Part shown: positions 17,534 through 27,134 of the stretch, piece after piece | Layout: each line of letters starts with the position of its first letter | Position numbering within the stretch: the stretch's first letter is position 1 | Source of the DNA: an uncultured delta proteobacterium | GTDB lineage: Bacteria; Myxococcota_A; Polyangia; Polyangiales; Polyangiaceae | NCBI GenBank assembly: GCA_963841435.1 | Contig: CAWJCS010000006.1 | Location: forward strand, 1,440,001-1,504,000 | Direction: 5' to 3' | Length of the DNA stretch: 64,000 nucleotides | The notes under the pieces: generated by a model | What the model saw: the letters and a program-made list of their open reading frames with translations, nothing else | Told to the model about the DNA's origin: nothing | The model's database searches: none | Translations under genes and position numbers: made by a program

Positions 17534-19198
17534 ATGACGGCCGGTCGAGGACGCGCGCTGGGGTTGGCCTTCTTGGTCGGCGGGCTCGCCGCCGGCTGTG
17601 CGTCGTCCGATGCGGGCTCCGACCGGCCCACCCTCGCCGCGCCCGAGGACCTCTCGTGTCCCGGAGCGCCCCTCGATCCGACGCCAATGCGGCGCCTCAC
17701 GCGTTTCGAGTACACGAACGCCGTCAGCGACACGCTCGGCGTCGATCTCGACGAAGCCATCCTGTTCCCGCGCGACGAAGTGGGGCTCGGTTTCGACGAT
17801 CAGGCGACGACGCTCGGCCTCACGGACCTCCACGTCGAGGGGTACCTCAAGGGCGCCACGCTCGTCGCCGACACGCTTGCGGCCGATCCGGCGCGCGTCC
17901 ACGCGCTCGCCGGGTGCGACGACGACAGCGAGAGCTGCGCTCGCCGGCTCGTTTCGACCCTCGGCCGGCGCCTCGAACGGCGAAATCTCTCGGACGCCAA
18001 CGTCGAGCGGCTGCTCGCATTCTTCGAGGGCGACTTCTCCGAGAGCGGCTTCGCCGAGGGTGCGGGGCAGGCCGTCGCCGCGCTGCTGCAAAATCCGCGC
18101 TTCTTGTACCGCATCGAGCGCGCCCCCGCGGGTGAAGTAGCGAGCACGCTCGCCTCGCCCTGGGTCCTTTCGTCGCGGCTTTCGCTGTTGCTCTGGGCGT
18201 CCGTGCCGGACGACGCGCTACTCGAGGCCGCCGACGCGGGGCGGCTCGCGTCGGCCTCCGACGTCGAGCGCGAAGCACGCCGCATGCTCGCCGACGAGCG
18301 CGCGCGCCGCGGGGCGCTGCATTTTTACCTACAATGGCTCAAGCTCTCGGATTTTGCCGAGGTCGAGAAGGACAACCAGCTCTTTCGGATCTGGAACGAA
18401 ACGCTACGCTCCGATCTCGAGAACGAAACGAGGCGCTTCCTCGACGCCGTCCTCTGGGAGGATGACGCGCGCCTTCAAACGCTGCTCACGGCGCCCTACA
18501 CGTTCGCGAACGCGCTGCTCTCCGACTTTTACGGCTTGCCCATCGGCGATCCCGATCAGCGCGAGCTCGAGAAGAAAAGCTTCGGGCGCGGCGTGCCGCG
18601 CGCCGGCTTGCTCACGCAGGGCTCGATCCTGAGCGTGCAGGCGAAGGCCAACCAGACCGATCCCATCCACCGCGGCAAATTCATCAGGGAGCAGTTTTTC
18701 TGCCAGATCCCCGAGCCGCCGCCGCCCGACCTCGTCGTCTCGCCCCCGCGCCTCGACCCGAGGAAGACCACACGCGAGCGCTTCGAGCAGCATCGTTCCG
18801 ATCCGGCCTGCGCCGGGTGTCACGAGCTGCTCGATCCGGTGGGGCTCATCTTCGAGCACTACGACGCCATCGGCCAGTACCGGGAAACGGAGGCGGACCA
18901 GCCAGTGGACGCGACGGGCTACCTCGCCGATACCGACGTGAGCGGCGAGGTCAACGGTGTGCTCGAGCTCGGTCAGCGTCTTTCCCAAAGCGCCGAGGTA
19001 CGAGCTTGCGTCGTCAAGCAGTGGTTTCGCTACGCCGTGGGGCGGGGCGACACCGACGCGGACGCCTGCACGCTCGACGCGCTGGGGCAGGCTTTCGCCG
19101 CCAGCCACGAGAACCTCCGCGAGCTTTTGGTGGCCATCACGCAAACGGCACCTTTCCTGACCCCCGCGCCTGCACCGGAGCCCGAGCCCGAGCCATGA
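17534..19198 (+). CDS. DUF1587/1595/1592/1588/1585 multidomain lipoprotein
   Basis: LAAG-C lipobox, MRRLTRFEYTN, SRLS.LLW.S.PD, RAGLLTQ, PIHRGKFIR, TTRERFEQH and CAGCH. Confidence 0.88.
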   Translation: MTAGRGRALGLAFLVGGLAAGCASSDAGSDRPTLAAPEDLSCPGAPLDPTPMRRLTRFEYTNAVSDTLGVDLDEAILFPRDEVGLGFDDQATTLGLTDLHVEGYLKGATLVADTLAADPARVHALAGCDDDSESCARRLVSTLGRRLERRNLSDANVERLLAFFEGDFSESGFAEGAGQAVAALLQNPRFLYRIERAPAGEVASTLASPWVLSSRLSLLLWASVPDDALLEAADAGRLASASDVEREARRMLADERARRGALHFYLQWLKLSDFAEVEKDNQLFRIWNETLRSDLENETRRFLDAVLWEDDARLQTLLTAPYTFANALLSDFYGLPIGDPDQRELEKKSFGRGVPRAGLLTQGSILSVQAKANQTDPIHRGKFIREQFFCQIPEPPPPDLVVSPPRLDPRKTTRERFEQHRSDPACAGCHELLDPVGLIFEHYDAIGQYRETEADQPVDATGYLADTDVSGEVNGVLELGQRLSQSAEVRACVVKQWFRYAVGRGDTDADACTLDALGQAFAASHENLRELLVAITQTAPFLTPAPAPEPEPEP

Positions 19199-20508
19199 CG
19201 ACACGCCGCAACCTGCTCAAGGCCGCCCTCGGCGCCAGCATCGGCCTGCCCTGGCTCGAAACCCTCGCCGGGCGCCCGGCCCACGCTCAGGCGGCATCGA
19301 GCGCGCGGTTCGTCGCGATGTTCTCGCCGAACGGCACGATCCGCGAGCAGTGGCGGCCGACCGGCAGCGAGACCGACTTTACGCTGTCGCCCATTCTCGC
19401 GCCGCTCGAGCCTCACCGGAGCGATCTCGTCATCGTGTCGGGCGTCGACCAGCAAGGTGGGGGCGGCGACGGGCATCAGAACGGCATCAGCGGCATGCTC
19501 ACCGGAGGCGGGCTCCTGCACGGGCCGTTCGCGGGCGTGGGCGCGCCGCCCACGGGCTGGGCGGAAGGACCTTCGGTCAACCAGCGACTGGCCGACGTGA
19601 TCGGGCGCGCCTCCACGTTCCGCTCCCTCGAGATCGGCGTGCAGGTGGGCGCCGCCGACAACTGGGGGCGCATGTGCTACCGCGCGAAGAACCAGCCGCT
19701 CGCTCCGCGCGAAGACCCCGGCCGGCTCTTCGACAACGTCTTCGGCCCTCAGCTGCTCGACCCGGCCGAGCGCGCGCGACGAAGCGCTCGCAGGCAGTCG
19801 ATCCTCGACTACGTGAAAGACGAGCTTTCCGCGCTTTCGAGCGAGGTGAGCGCCGCGGATCGCCAGCGGCTCGACGCGCACCTCACGTACCTGCGCGAGG
19901 TTGAGGCGCGCTTGCGGAGCCAGGCCGAAAGCGCAGGGGATTGCACGCTGCCGCCGCGTCCCGAGGCCTCTTCGTCGGGCAACGACGCGTTCCCCGAGGT
20001 CGGCGCGCTACAGACCAATCTTCTGGTGCTCGCGCTCGCCTGCGGCCAAACCAGGGTTGCGTCGCTCCAATGGTCGCGCTCGGTGTCGCAGGTACGCTTC
20101 ACCTGGCTCGGCATCGACGACAGCCACCACGCGCTCTCCCACCTCCCCGACAGCGACGCCGCTGCACAGGACAAGCTCCTTCGCATCAACCGCTGGTACG
20201 CCGAACGCTTCGCCGATCTCGTCACGAAGCTCAAGAGCTACCCGGAGGGCGACGGGACGCTCTTCAATCAGTGCCTCCTTTTCTGGTGCAACGAGCTCGG
20301 CAAGGGCAACACGCACAGCCGCGACGACGCTCCCTACGTGCTCGCCGGCAGCGCTGCGGGGGCCCTCACGACGGGGCGCTACCTCGAGTACGCTGGAGAC
20401 GTCCCTCACAACGATCTTCTGGTCTCGATTCTCGGGCTGTTCGGGCTGCCCGATACCACCTTCGGCCGCCCGGAGTGGTGCAACGGCCCGCTCGTTGGCC
20501 TCGCCTGA
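19195..20508 (+). CDS. DUF1552-family Tat-exported protein
   Basis: Twin-arginine signal TRRNLLK, LPWLE, PNG, SILDYV, RLDAHL, ALAC..TRV, HH.LSH and NELG...HS. Coupled to the DUF1592 gene. Confidence 0.88.
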   Translation: MTTRRNLLKAALGASIGLPWLETLAGRPAHAQAASSARFVAMFSPNGTIREQWRPTGSETDFTLSPILAPLEPHRSDLVIVSGVDQQGGGGDGHQNGISGMLTGGGLLHGPFAGVGAPPTGWAEGPSVNQRLADVIGRASTFRSLEIGVQVGAADNWGRMCYRAKNQPLAPREDPGRLFDNVFGPQLLDPAERARRSARRQSILDYVKDELSALSSEVSAADRQRLDAHLTYLREVEARLRSQAESAGDCTLPPRPEASSSGNDAFPEVGALQTNLLVLALACGQTRVASLQWSRSVSQVRFTWLGIDDSHHALSHLPDSDAAAQDKLLRINRWYAERFADLVTKLKSYPEGDGTLFNQCLLFWCNELGKGNTHSRDDAPYVLAGSAAGALTTGRYLEYAGDVPHNDLLVSILGLFGLPDTTFGRPEWCNGPLVGLA

Positions 20509-20537
20509 AACCACGAAGCGACCCAGGTCTCGCCGCC

Positions 20538-21291
20538 ATGCTGCAACGCCCGCTCCTCATCGCCCCGCTGTTCGTCGCCTCGCTCGCCTTGCTCGGCTGC
20601 TCGGGCGACTCCGCGGCCCCTCTGCCCGAGGTCGCCACCGACACCGAGCACTGCACCGACACCCTCGTGGGCCCGATCAATCCCACCCTGCTCATCGACG
20701 ATTTCGAGGACGCGGACAGCCAGAATCGCGCCCGTCTCGGGTCACCAGGGCACCTGGTGGCTCACGACCGACATGACCGCCGGCACGACGACGCCGCCGG
20801 GCGACCAGGCCGTCTCGCCGGAGCGCATCCTCGGGGGGCGCTGTGGCAGCAAGTACGCCATGCGCATCACCGGCGAGGGCTTCACCGCGTGGGGCGCCTC
20901 GTTGAGCGCGAGCTTCGGTTTCGAAGGCGACGACCTCGCGCCCATCGATGCCTCCGCGTTTCGCGGCGTCAGATTCTGGGGTCGCGTGGGCGAGAGCAAC
21001 ACGAGCCCCCTCCGCGTGCAGTTCCAGGACACCAACACCTACCCGGAGGGCGGCGTCTGCAACCCGAGCCCGGAGGCCACCGACGGCTGCTACAACGGCT
21101 TCGGCACGACCGTCCTGCCCCTCGACACCGAGTGGCGGCTCTATGAGCTGCCGTTCGAGCGGCTCGGCCAGCGCGACTTCGGCCTACGCCCCGACGCGCT
21201 CGACACCTCCAAGCTCTACGCCGTGGAGTTCGGCGTCGTGCAAAGCACCGTGTTCGACTTCTGGGTCAACGACATCTGGTTTTACGAATGA
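20538..21291 (+). CDS. Carbohydrate-binding (CBM11/CIA30-like) lipoprotein, frameshift at ~20724
   Basis: LLG-C lipobox and LIDDFED. Removing one A joins IAPVSGHQGTWW...DASAFRGVRFW...FDFWVNDIWFYE. Confidence 0.72.
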
Positions 21292-21361
21292 GCCGGGGAG
21301 GGCCCAGGTCGGATAGGTGCGGCAGAGGGGCCGACCAGCGCGAGCAGGCTCGGTCGCGCCG

Positions 21362-22417
21362 CTACGGGTAGCCGCCAGGATCTTCGAGCGCCGTCGTCTC
21401 CGGCACGCCGAGCATCAGATTGAGGTTCTGGATGGCCTGCCCAGCGCCACCCTTGACGAGGTTGTCAACGGCCGCGAACGTCGTCACGAGCCGGGAGCCA
21501 TCGCCCTCGGGGCCGATCAGCGCGCCCACTTCGGCGTAATTCGAGCCCGACACGGCGACGACCTCGGGCAGCCGGCGCGCCGGCACGCGAACGAAGGGCT
21601 CCGACGCGTAGGCGCGCCCTTGCACGGCCGCGAGGTCGGCCTCGCTGACGGCGGCAGGCGCACGGAAGAAGGCCGTCGCGAAGATACCGCGCGCGAGCGG
21701 CGCGGAGACGGGGACGAAGAACAACGCGAGGTCCTTGGCACCGGCGCTTCTGAGCGCTGCCTCAATCTCGGGCGCGTGTTGGTGCGAGAGCGGCCGGTAC
21801 GTCCGGAGGTTCACCGAACGCGTCGGGTGATGCGTCGTGGCCGTGGGCGTCACGCCGGCGCCGCTCGAGCCCGTGATGCCGACGACCTGCACGTCCCCCG
21901 ACAGCCAGCCGGCCTTGGCGAACGGCAGGAGCATCAGCTCGATGCTGGTTGCGAAGCAGCCGGGCGACGACACGAAGCGCGCGGTGCGGATGGCGTCGCG
22001 GTTTAGCTCGGGCAAGCCGTAAACGAAGCGCCCCAGGAGCTCGGGTCGCGCGTGGGGCCCGCCGTAAAAGCGCTCGTAGGCGGCGAGATCCTTCAGACGG
22101 AACGCGCCGGACATGTCGATCACCTTCACGTTGCGGTCGATCACCTGGTCGACGACTTCGATGCTCGCGCCGTGCGGCAAGCCCATCAGCACGACGTCGA
22201 GATCGGCGACCGCGCGCTCGGGCGGCGGATTCTCGAACGCGAGATCCGTCAGGCCTTCGAGGTGCGGCAAGGCCGAACCGATGGGCTCGCCGACGTGATC
22301 CGCGGCGCACACCCGTACGAGCTTCACGTGGGGATGCCCGATGAGCCGCCGCACGAGCTCCGCTCCGGCGAACCCGGAGCCGCCGAGCACGCCGACCCGG
22401 ACGCGGTCCTTCGTCAT
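21362..22417 (-). CDS. argC: N-acetyl-gamma-glutamyl-phosphate reductase
   Basis: GGSGFAG.EL.R, IDMSGAFRL, YGLPEL, PGCFAT, GSSGAG and DNLVKGGAGQAIQNLN motifs. Confidence 0.95.
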   Translation of the reverse strand: MTKDRVRVGVLGGSGFAGAELVRRLIGHPHVKLVRVCAADHVGEPIGSALPHLEGLTDLAFENPPPERAVADLDVVLMGLPHGASIEVVDQVIDRNVKVIDMSGAFRLKDLAAYERFYGGPHARPELLGRFVYGLPELNRDAIRTARFVSSPGCFATSIELMLLPFAKAGWLSGDVQVVGITGSSGAGVTPTATTHHPTRSVNLRTYRPLSHQHAPEIEAALRSAGAKDLALFFVPVSAPLARGIFATAFFRAPAAVSEADLAAVQGRAYASEPFVRVPARRLPEVVAVSGSNYAEVGALIGPEGDGSRLVTTFAAVDNLVKGGAGQAIQNLNLMLGVPETTALEDPGGYP

Positions 22418-24141
22418 TCTTCCGTGCCGCTAACCGTAATCGGAATCCAGAGCGTGCGCACCTTCACGCTGCTGCCGCGCTTGGTGTAGCCCGCGAGGCC
22501 GTAAAGGACGTTCCACCAGTGCCCGTTCGGGGTCTCGCCGTAGCTGAAGGCGGGGAAGATGTGGACCTCCCAGTCCGTGCCCGTCGAGAGACGGCTCTCG
22601 TGGTAATACACGTTGCCGACGAGCTGGGACGTTTCCTTCTCGCTCGAGAAGCGCCAGAACAACGGGAACGCCACGGTGGCGCGCGACTTCGAATCCGCGA
22701 AGTCCCAGAAGAACGGCGCAACGACCGTGTGCGTGCTCGTCGCGTCACGCCCGACGTAGATGATCGGATGAAGGTTCGTCGACCAGCCGCGAACGCCGTG
22801 GGTGTGCTGGAAAAATGGCGTGATGAACGTGGTGTCGCTGACACCGTAGCGCGTGGATCGCGCGAAGAAGGGAAACAGCGCGTGGGTGGACTCGCGCGGG
22901 CTCGTGCGTGAAAAATAGAAGGGGAAGAGCAGGTTTTGCGTCAGATCGATGTCCGGGTCGCGGTAATGCCAGAAAAGGGGCGTCACCATGTCGAGCTCGG
23001 TGCGACCGCGATAGCGAGCGTAGCCCCAGGTGACGAACGTGCTCTCGTCGTGCTCGCCCGTGGCCGTGAGGAACAAGGGGTTGACGAACAACGACTCCTT
23101 GCCCTTGTGCCCGTAGTGGAAGAACGGGAGCAGCGTCGTGTGGCGCTCGTCCTTCCCCCAGATCGAATAGTAGAGCGGCAGAATGTGGAACATCTCCCGC
23201 TTCTGCGTGTGCTCCCGGTAGTACGGCCCCCACACGTTGACCCACGAGAGGTCGCGATCGTTGTAGTGGTAGTAGTGGAGCAGGGGCGGGATCGTTTCGT
23301 ATTTCGATTCGGCGTTCTGGCCGTAGAAGTAGAAGGGCGCGACGCCGAAATCGAGGTTCTGCGCCGTCCGCGTGTCGCACTCGCTGCCGCCCGTCCACGA
23401 GCAGAACACGGGGCCGACGAGGTTGAAGCCGCCCCGCCCATTGGTGGAGGTGTAGGTGAGGAGCGGCGGGATGATGGTGTAGCCGCCGTGCTTGCGCTTG
23501 CCGCCGAAGTAGAGCGGCGCGACCCAGTTGTCGCGCTCCCCGGGGGCAACACGATTGACGACGGGTCCGACGATCGTCGTGCGACTCTTCGCGCGCTCGT
23601 CGACCAGGTTCCAAAAGAGCGGGAACAGCACGTCGTCGGAGACCTCGGCGCTGCGACGGTTGTAGTAGAGCCCGCCGAAAAGCGAGGCTCGGTCGACGAC
23701 CGCGGGGTCGGTGCGGGAAGGCTGCTTGCGCTCCGCCCACACCGGAAAGGCGAGCCGGAAGGAGTAGCTCCCGCTCTGTTCCGTGTAGTACGGGCCGTAG
23801 AAGCCGTAGGTCGTCTTCTGACCTCGGCCCTGCTCTTGCCACTCGGGGCGAAGGTCGCTGCCGATGCGGCCGAGCGTGCGGCGCTGGACGGTGAGGGGCT
23901 CGTCGGGGAGCGTCGGCTCGCCGCCGGGAGCGACGACCGTCTCCTCGGCACCGGGTGCAGCGTGCGTCTCCGGCTCGTTCGGATCCTTCTTGGGCTTCTT
24001 CTGCTGCTGCGGCTCCGGGGCGCCCGAGCCGAAGCCCGGCATCAGCCCGCCGCCCATGCCGTCCTGGGCGAAGGCCGCGCTGCTCGACGCCACGAGCACG
24101 CCGAAGATCGCCCCGGAGAGCAGCCGGCGCCGCCCGCTCAC
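22414..24141 (-). CDS. Hypothetical exported protein with periodic aromatic 'P(L/F)(F/Y)' repeats
   Basis: Signal peptide (AFA-Q) and more than 20 short repeats such as FPLFW, LPFFHY and APFFW. Coupled to hisS and argC. Confidence 0.8.
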   Translation of the reverse strand: MSGRRRLLSGAIFGVLVASSSAAFAQDGMGGGLMPGFGSGAPEPQQQKKPKKDPNEPETHAAPGAEETVVAPGGEPTLPDEPLTVQRRTLGRIGSDLRPEWQEQGRGQKTTYGFYGPYYTEQSGSYSFRLAFPVWAERKQPSRTDPAVVDRASLFGGLYYNRRSAEVSDDVLFPLFWNLVDERAKSRTTIVGPVVNRVAPGERDNWVAPLYFGGKRKHGGYTIIPPLLTYTSTNGRGGFNLVGPVFCSWTGGSECDTRTAQNLDFGVAPFYFYGQNAESKYETIPPLLHYYHYNDRDLSWVNVWGPYYREHTQKREMFHILPLYYSIWGKDERHTTLLPFFHYGHKGKESLFVNPLFLTATGEHDESTFVTWGYARYRGRTELDMVTPLFWHYRDPDIDLTQNLLFPFYFSRTSPRESTHALFPFFARSTRYGVSDTTFITPFFQHTHGVRGWSTNLHPIIYVGRDATSTHTVVAPFFWDFADSKSRATVAFPLFWRFSSEKETSQLVGNVYYHESRLSTGTDWEVHIFPAFSYGETPNGHWWNVLYGLAGYTKRGSSVKVRTLWIPITVSGTEE

Positions 24142-25421
24142 AGAGCAGCCTCCGCGGCGGGCGGCGCCGTCGCGATGAGCTCGCTCGCCTTTTTAACCAC
24201 TTCGCCGCGCAGAACCTCCGTCTGCGAGCGCGCGCGGAGATCCTTCACGGCCACGACGCCGCGCTCGAGCTCCGTGTCACCGAGCACGAGGCAGAGCCGG
24301 GCCCCGAGCGCGTCGGCGCGGCGGAGCAGGCTCTTCAGCGACCCGCCGCGCGTGTCCGCCTCGGCCGGGATCCCCGCGGCGCGGAGCTCACGGGCGAGCA
24401 GGAGCGACGCCTCGGCCGCTCGCTCGCCGAGCGGCGCGATGAAGCAAGCCGTGCGCGGGCCCTCGTCCGACGCGGGCATGGCAAAGAGCATGCGCTCGAG
24501 CCCCATCGCGAAGCCGATGGCCGGCACCTCGGGGCCGCCGAGCTCACGCACCATGCCGTCGTAGCGACCACCGCCAAGCAGCGCATTTTGCGAGCCGAGC
24601 GCGGGCGACAGCCCCTGGATCTCGAATAGCGTGCGCGTGTAGTAGTCCAGTCCCCGCACGAGACCCGGCGTGAGCTCGTACGGTGTCCCCAGCGCCTCGA
24701 GCGAGCGGACGAGCCCCTCGAAGTGCGCGCGGTCGTCGCCTTCTAGCAGCTCGAGGATCGACGGCGCGCCGCGGACGGCTTCCTGGTCCTTCGGGTTCTT
24801 CGAATCCAGGATGCGCAGGGGGTTGTCGGCGAGCCGCCGGCGAGCATGCTCGCTGAGCTCGTCGGCCTTGGGCTCGAGGTAGGCCGCGAGGGCGCCACGG
24901 TAGCGCTTTCTCGTCTCCGGCCCGCCCAGGGAATTCACCAGGACTTTCACGTCTCCGACACCGAGCTTTTCGAGGACACCGACGAGCATGTCGATGAGCT
25001 CGGCGTCGCAGCCGGGTCCGGGATCGCCGAAGATCTCGGCCCCGGCTTGGTAAAACTGACGGTAACGTCCGCGCTGGGGCTGCTCGGCGCGAAACATCGG
25101 ACCGAGATAGTAGAGGCGGCTCACGGGCTCCTTCGCGTGCCCGGAGCTCGAAACGTAGGCGCGCGCGACGCCGGCGGTCCCTTCGGGCCGGAGCGCCAGG
25201 GACTCGCCACTGCGCTCGAGCACGAACATCTGCTTCTCGACGATCTCGGTCGCCTCGCCGATGGAGCGCACGAAGAGCTCCAAGGGCTCGAGGACGGGCG
25301 TGCGGATCTCTCGGAAGCCCGCGAGCTCGAGCTCGCGGCGGAGCACTCCTTCGAGGAGGTGCCAGCGCCCGATCTCGTCGGGGAGGATGTCGTTCATCCC
25401 CTTGACGGCGCGAAGGTTCAT
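24138..25421 (-). CDS. hisS: Histidine--tRNA ligase
   Basis: KGMNDILP, LRPEGTAG, PMFRAEQPQRGRYRQF, LVRGLDYY and GGGRYDG motifs. Confidence 0.97.
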   Translation of the reverse strand: MNLRAVKGMNDILPDEIGRWHLLEGVLRRELELAGFREIRTPVLEPLELFVRSIGEATEIVEKQMFVLERSGESLALRPEGTAGVARAYVSSSGHAKEPVSRLYYLGPMFRAEQPQRGRYRQFYQAGAEIFGDPGPGCDAELIDMLVGVLEKLGVGDVKVLVNSLGGPETRKRYRGALAAYLEPKADELSEHARRRLADNPLRILDSKNPKDQEAVRGAPSILELLEGDDRAHFEGLVRSLEALGTPYELTPGLVRGLDYYTRTLFEIQGLSPALGSQNALLGGGRYDGMVRELGGPEVPAIGFAMGLERMLFAMPASDEGPRTACFIAPLGERAAEASLLLARELRAAGIPAEADTRGGSLKSLLRRADALGARLCLVLGDTELERGVVAVKDLRARSQTEVLRGEVVKKASELIATAPPAAEAAL

Positions 25422-25471
25422 GGGTCGAGGGTCAAAAGCCGGGCCCCGCTGTTAGCAGCTCTCCCGAGAAG

Positions 25472-25912
25472 GTGCTATCCACATCGGCCGTGCGAGCTGC
25501 GGGCGTCGATGTCGGCCGGGTGCGTGTCGGCGTGGCGGTTGCGGACGAACTGGGACTGTTTGCCCACCCGCGCGCCCACGTGGACGGACGGGACCCTCGG
25601 CGGGCCGTCGAGGCGCTCGCGGCGCTCGCCCGGGAGGAGCAAATCGGGACGTTCGTCGTCGGCCTGCCCCGCTCGCTGGCCGGCCGGGAGGGGCCGTCGG
25701 CGCGCCGTGCTCGCAAGTTCGCGCGCGACCTCGGGGCGAGGACGGGAGCCCGCGTGGAGCTTTTCGACGAGTGGCTCTCGACGCGCGAGGCGAGGACCAA
25801 GCTTTCGTATCAGGGGCTCTCCGACCGGGAAGCGAGAGAACGCATCGACAGCGCGGCGGCGGCGGTCGTGCTCCAGTGCTGGCTAGACGCCCGGCGTGGC
25901 AAGGTCGAGTGA
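25472..25912 (+). CDS. ruvX: YqgF/RuvX pre-16S rRNA nuclease
   Basis: GVDVG.VRVGVA, VVGLP, DEWLST and IDSAAA.VVLQ motifs. Confidence 0.92.
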   Translation: MLSTSAVRAAGVDVGRVRVGVAVADELGLFAHPRAHVDGRDPRRAVEALAALAREEQIGTFVVGLPRSLAGREGPSARRARKFARDLGARTGARVELFDEWLSTREARTKLSYQGLSDREARERIDSAAAAVVLQCWLDARRGKVE

Positions 25913-27093
25913 ACGCGCCCGCTCGGCGAAAGCGCGGGCGGCAGCGCGGCGGAAAGCGCGCGCGCGGGCGCTCCACGCCGTCCGCGCGCTCCACACCGTC
26001 CGCGCGCTCCACACCGTCAACGCGCCCGGGGCGTCCCAAGGCGGGTCGCCGCACCTGGCTGTGGCTGGTCGCCGCGGGCGCCGTGCTGCTCGGCGCGCTC
26101 TTTGGGTTCGTGGCCTGGGCGCGCGACAGCGGCCCGGGCCCGGGCCGGCGCGTCGTCATCGAGGTGCCAGCCTTCGCCACGGCCTCGACGCTCGCCGCTG
26201 ACCTCGTGGCGCACGGGGTCCTCAGGCGCGCGTTTCCGTTCTCGCTCTATTTCGAGCTCTTCACGGTGGGCCCGGCGCCGGGGCGCCACGTCCTGCGCGA
26301 CGATCTCGGACCGCGCGAGCTCGCGCAGCGCCTGAGCCGGTCGCCGTCGCGCGGCACGCGGCGGGTGACCCTGCCCGAAGGCTTTCAGCACCTGCAGATC
26401 GCGGCACGCCTGTCCGACCTCGACGTATGCGACGCCGACGCATTCCGCGCTGCCGTCAACGACCCGGCCCTGTGCGCCGAGCTCGGCATCCGCGGCCCGA
26501 GCGCCGAGGGCTATCTCTTTCCGGCGACCTACTACCTGCCCGTGGATGCCGATCCGAAAGGCGTCGTCCGCCAGCTGGTCTCGGAGACGCGCCGGCGACT
26601 CGCTCGCGTCAGCGCGGCACACCCCGGCGCGCTTTCCGAGCTCGCGCGCCGTGACGGCTTCGGCGAGCACGAAATTCTGACTTTGGCGTCGATCGTCGAG
26701 CGCGAGTCGGGCGACTCGCGGGAAGATCCCGTGATTGCGAGCGTGTTTTTCAACCGCCTCCACGATCCGACCTTTCGCCCGCTGCGCTCGCTGCAGTCCG
26801 ACCCGACCGCCGCCTACGGGTGCCTGGTTTCGCCCGAGCGCGCGCCGAGCTGTGCAGCCTTTCGCGGCCCCATCCTGCCCGCGATGTTGCGTGACGCGCA
26901 AAACCCCTACAACACGTACCGCCACGCGGGCCTGCCGCCCGGCCCCATCGCGAATCCGGGCGAGAGCGCGCTTTCGGCCGTGCTCGCGCCCGCGACCACC
27001 GACTACCTCTACTTCGTTGCTGCTGGGGGTGGACGACACCGCTTCAGCCGGACCTTCGACGAGCATCGGCAAGCCATCGCGGGTGGACGCTAG
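25909..27093 (+). CDS. mltG: Endolytic transglycosylase MltG
   Basis: Single TM segment, TLPEG, EGYLFPATY, LASIVERE, LQSDPT and YNTY..GLPPGPIANPG motifs. Confidence 0.93.
   Translation: MNAPARRKRGRQRGGKRARGRSTPSARSTPSARSTPSTRPGRPKAGRRTWLWLVAAGAVLLGALFGFVAWARDSGPGPGRRVVIEVPAFATASTLAADLVAHGVLRRAFPFSLYFELFTVGPAPGRHVLRDDLGPRELAQRLSRSPSRGTRRVTLPEGFQHLQIAARLSDLDVCDADAFRAAVNDPALCAELGIRGPSAEGYLFPATYYLPVDADPKGVVRQLVSETRRRLARVSAAHPGALSELARRDGFGEHEILTLASIVERESGDSREDPVIASVFFNRLHDPTFRPLRSLQSDPTAAYGCLVSPERAPSCAAFRGPILPAMLRDAQNPYNTYRHAGLPPGPIANPGESALSAVLAPATTDYLYFVAAGGGRHRFSRTFDEHRQAIAGGR
25969..26018 (+). repeat. 18-bp tandem repeat x~2.8 in the mltG 5' end (encodes RSTPSA)
   Basis: cgctccacgccgtccgcg / cgctccacaccgtccgcg / cgctccacaccgtc. 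Confidence 0.9.
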
Positions 27094-27134
27094 CCAGCAC
27101 CGGATGTATTGCCTTGCCGATCCTGGAGAACGCG

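Noticed and set aside
15574-17760. Long antisense or alternate-frame ORFs (also 8278-9927, 22936-24564, 41686-43575 and others)
   Set aside because: These are shadow ORFs typical of high-GC DNA. They lie opposite well-supported genes and have no recognisable motifs.
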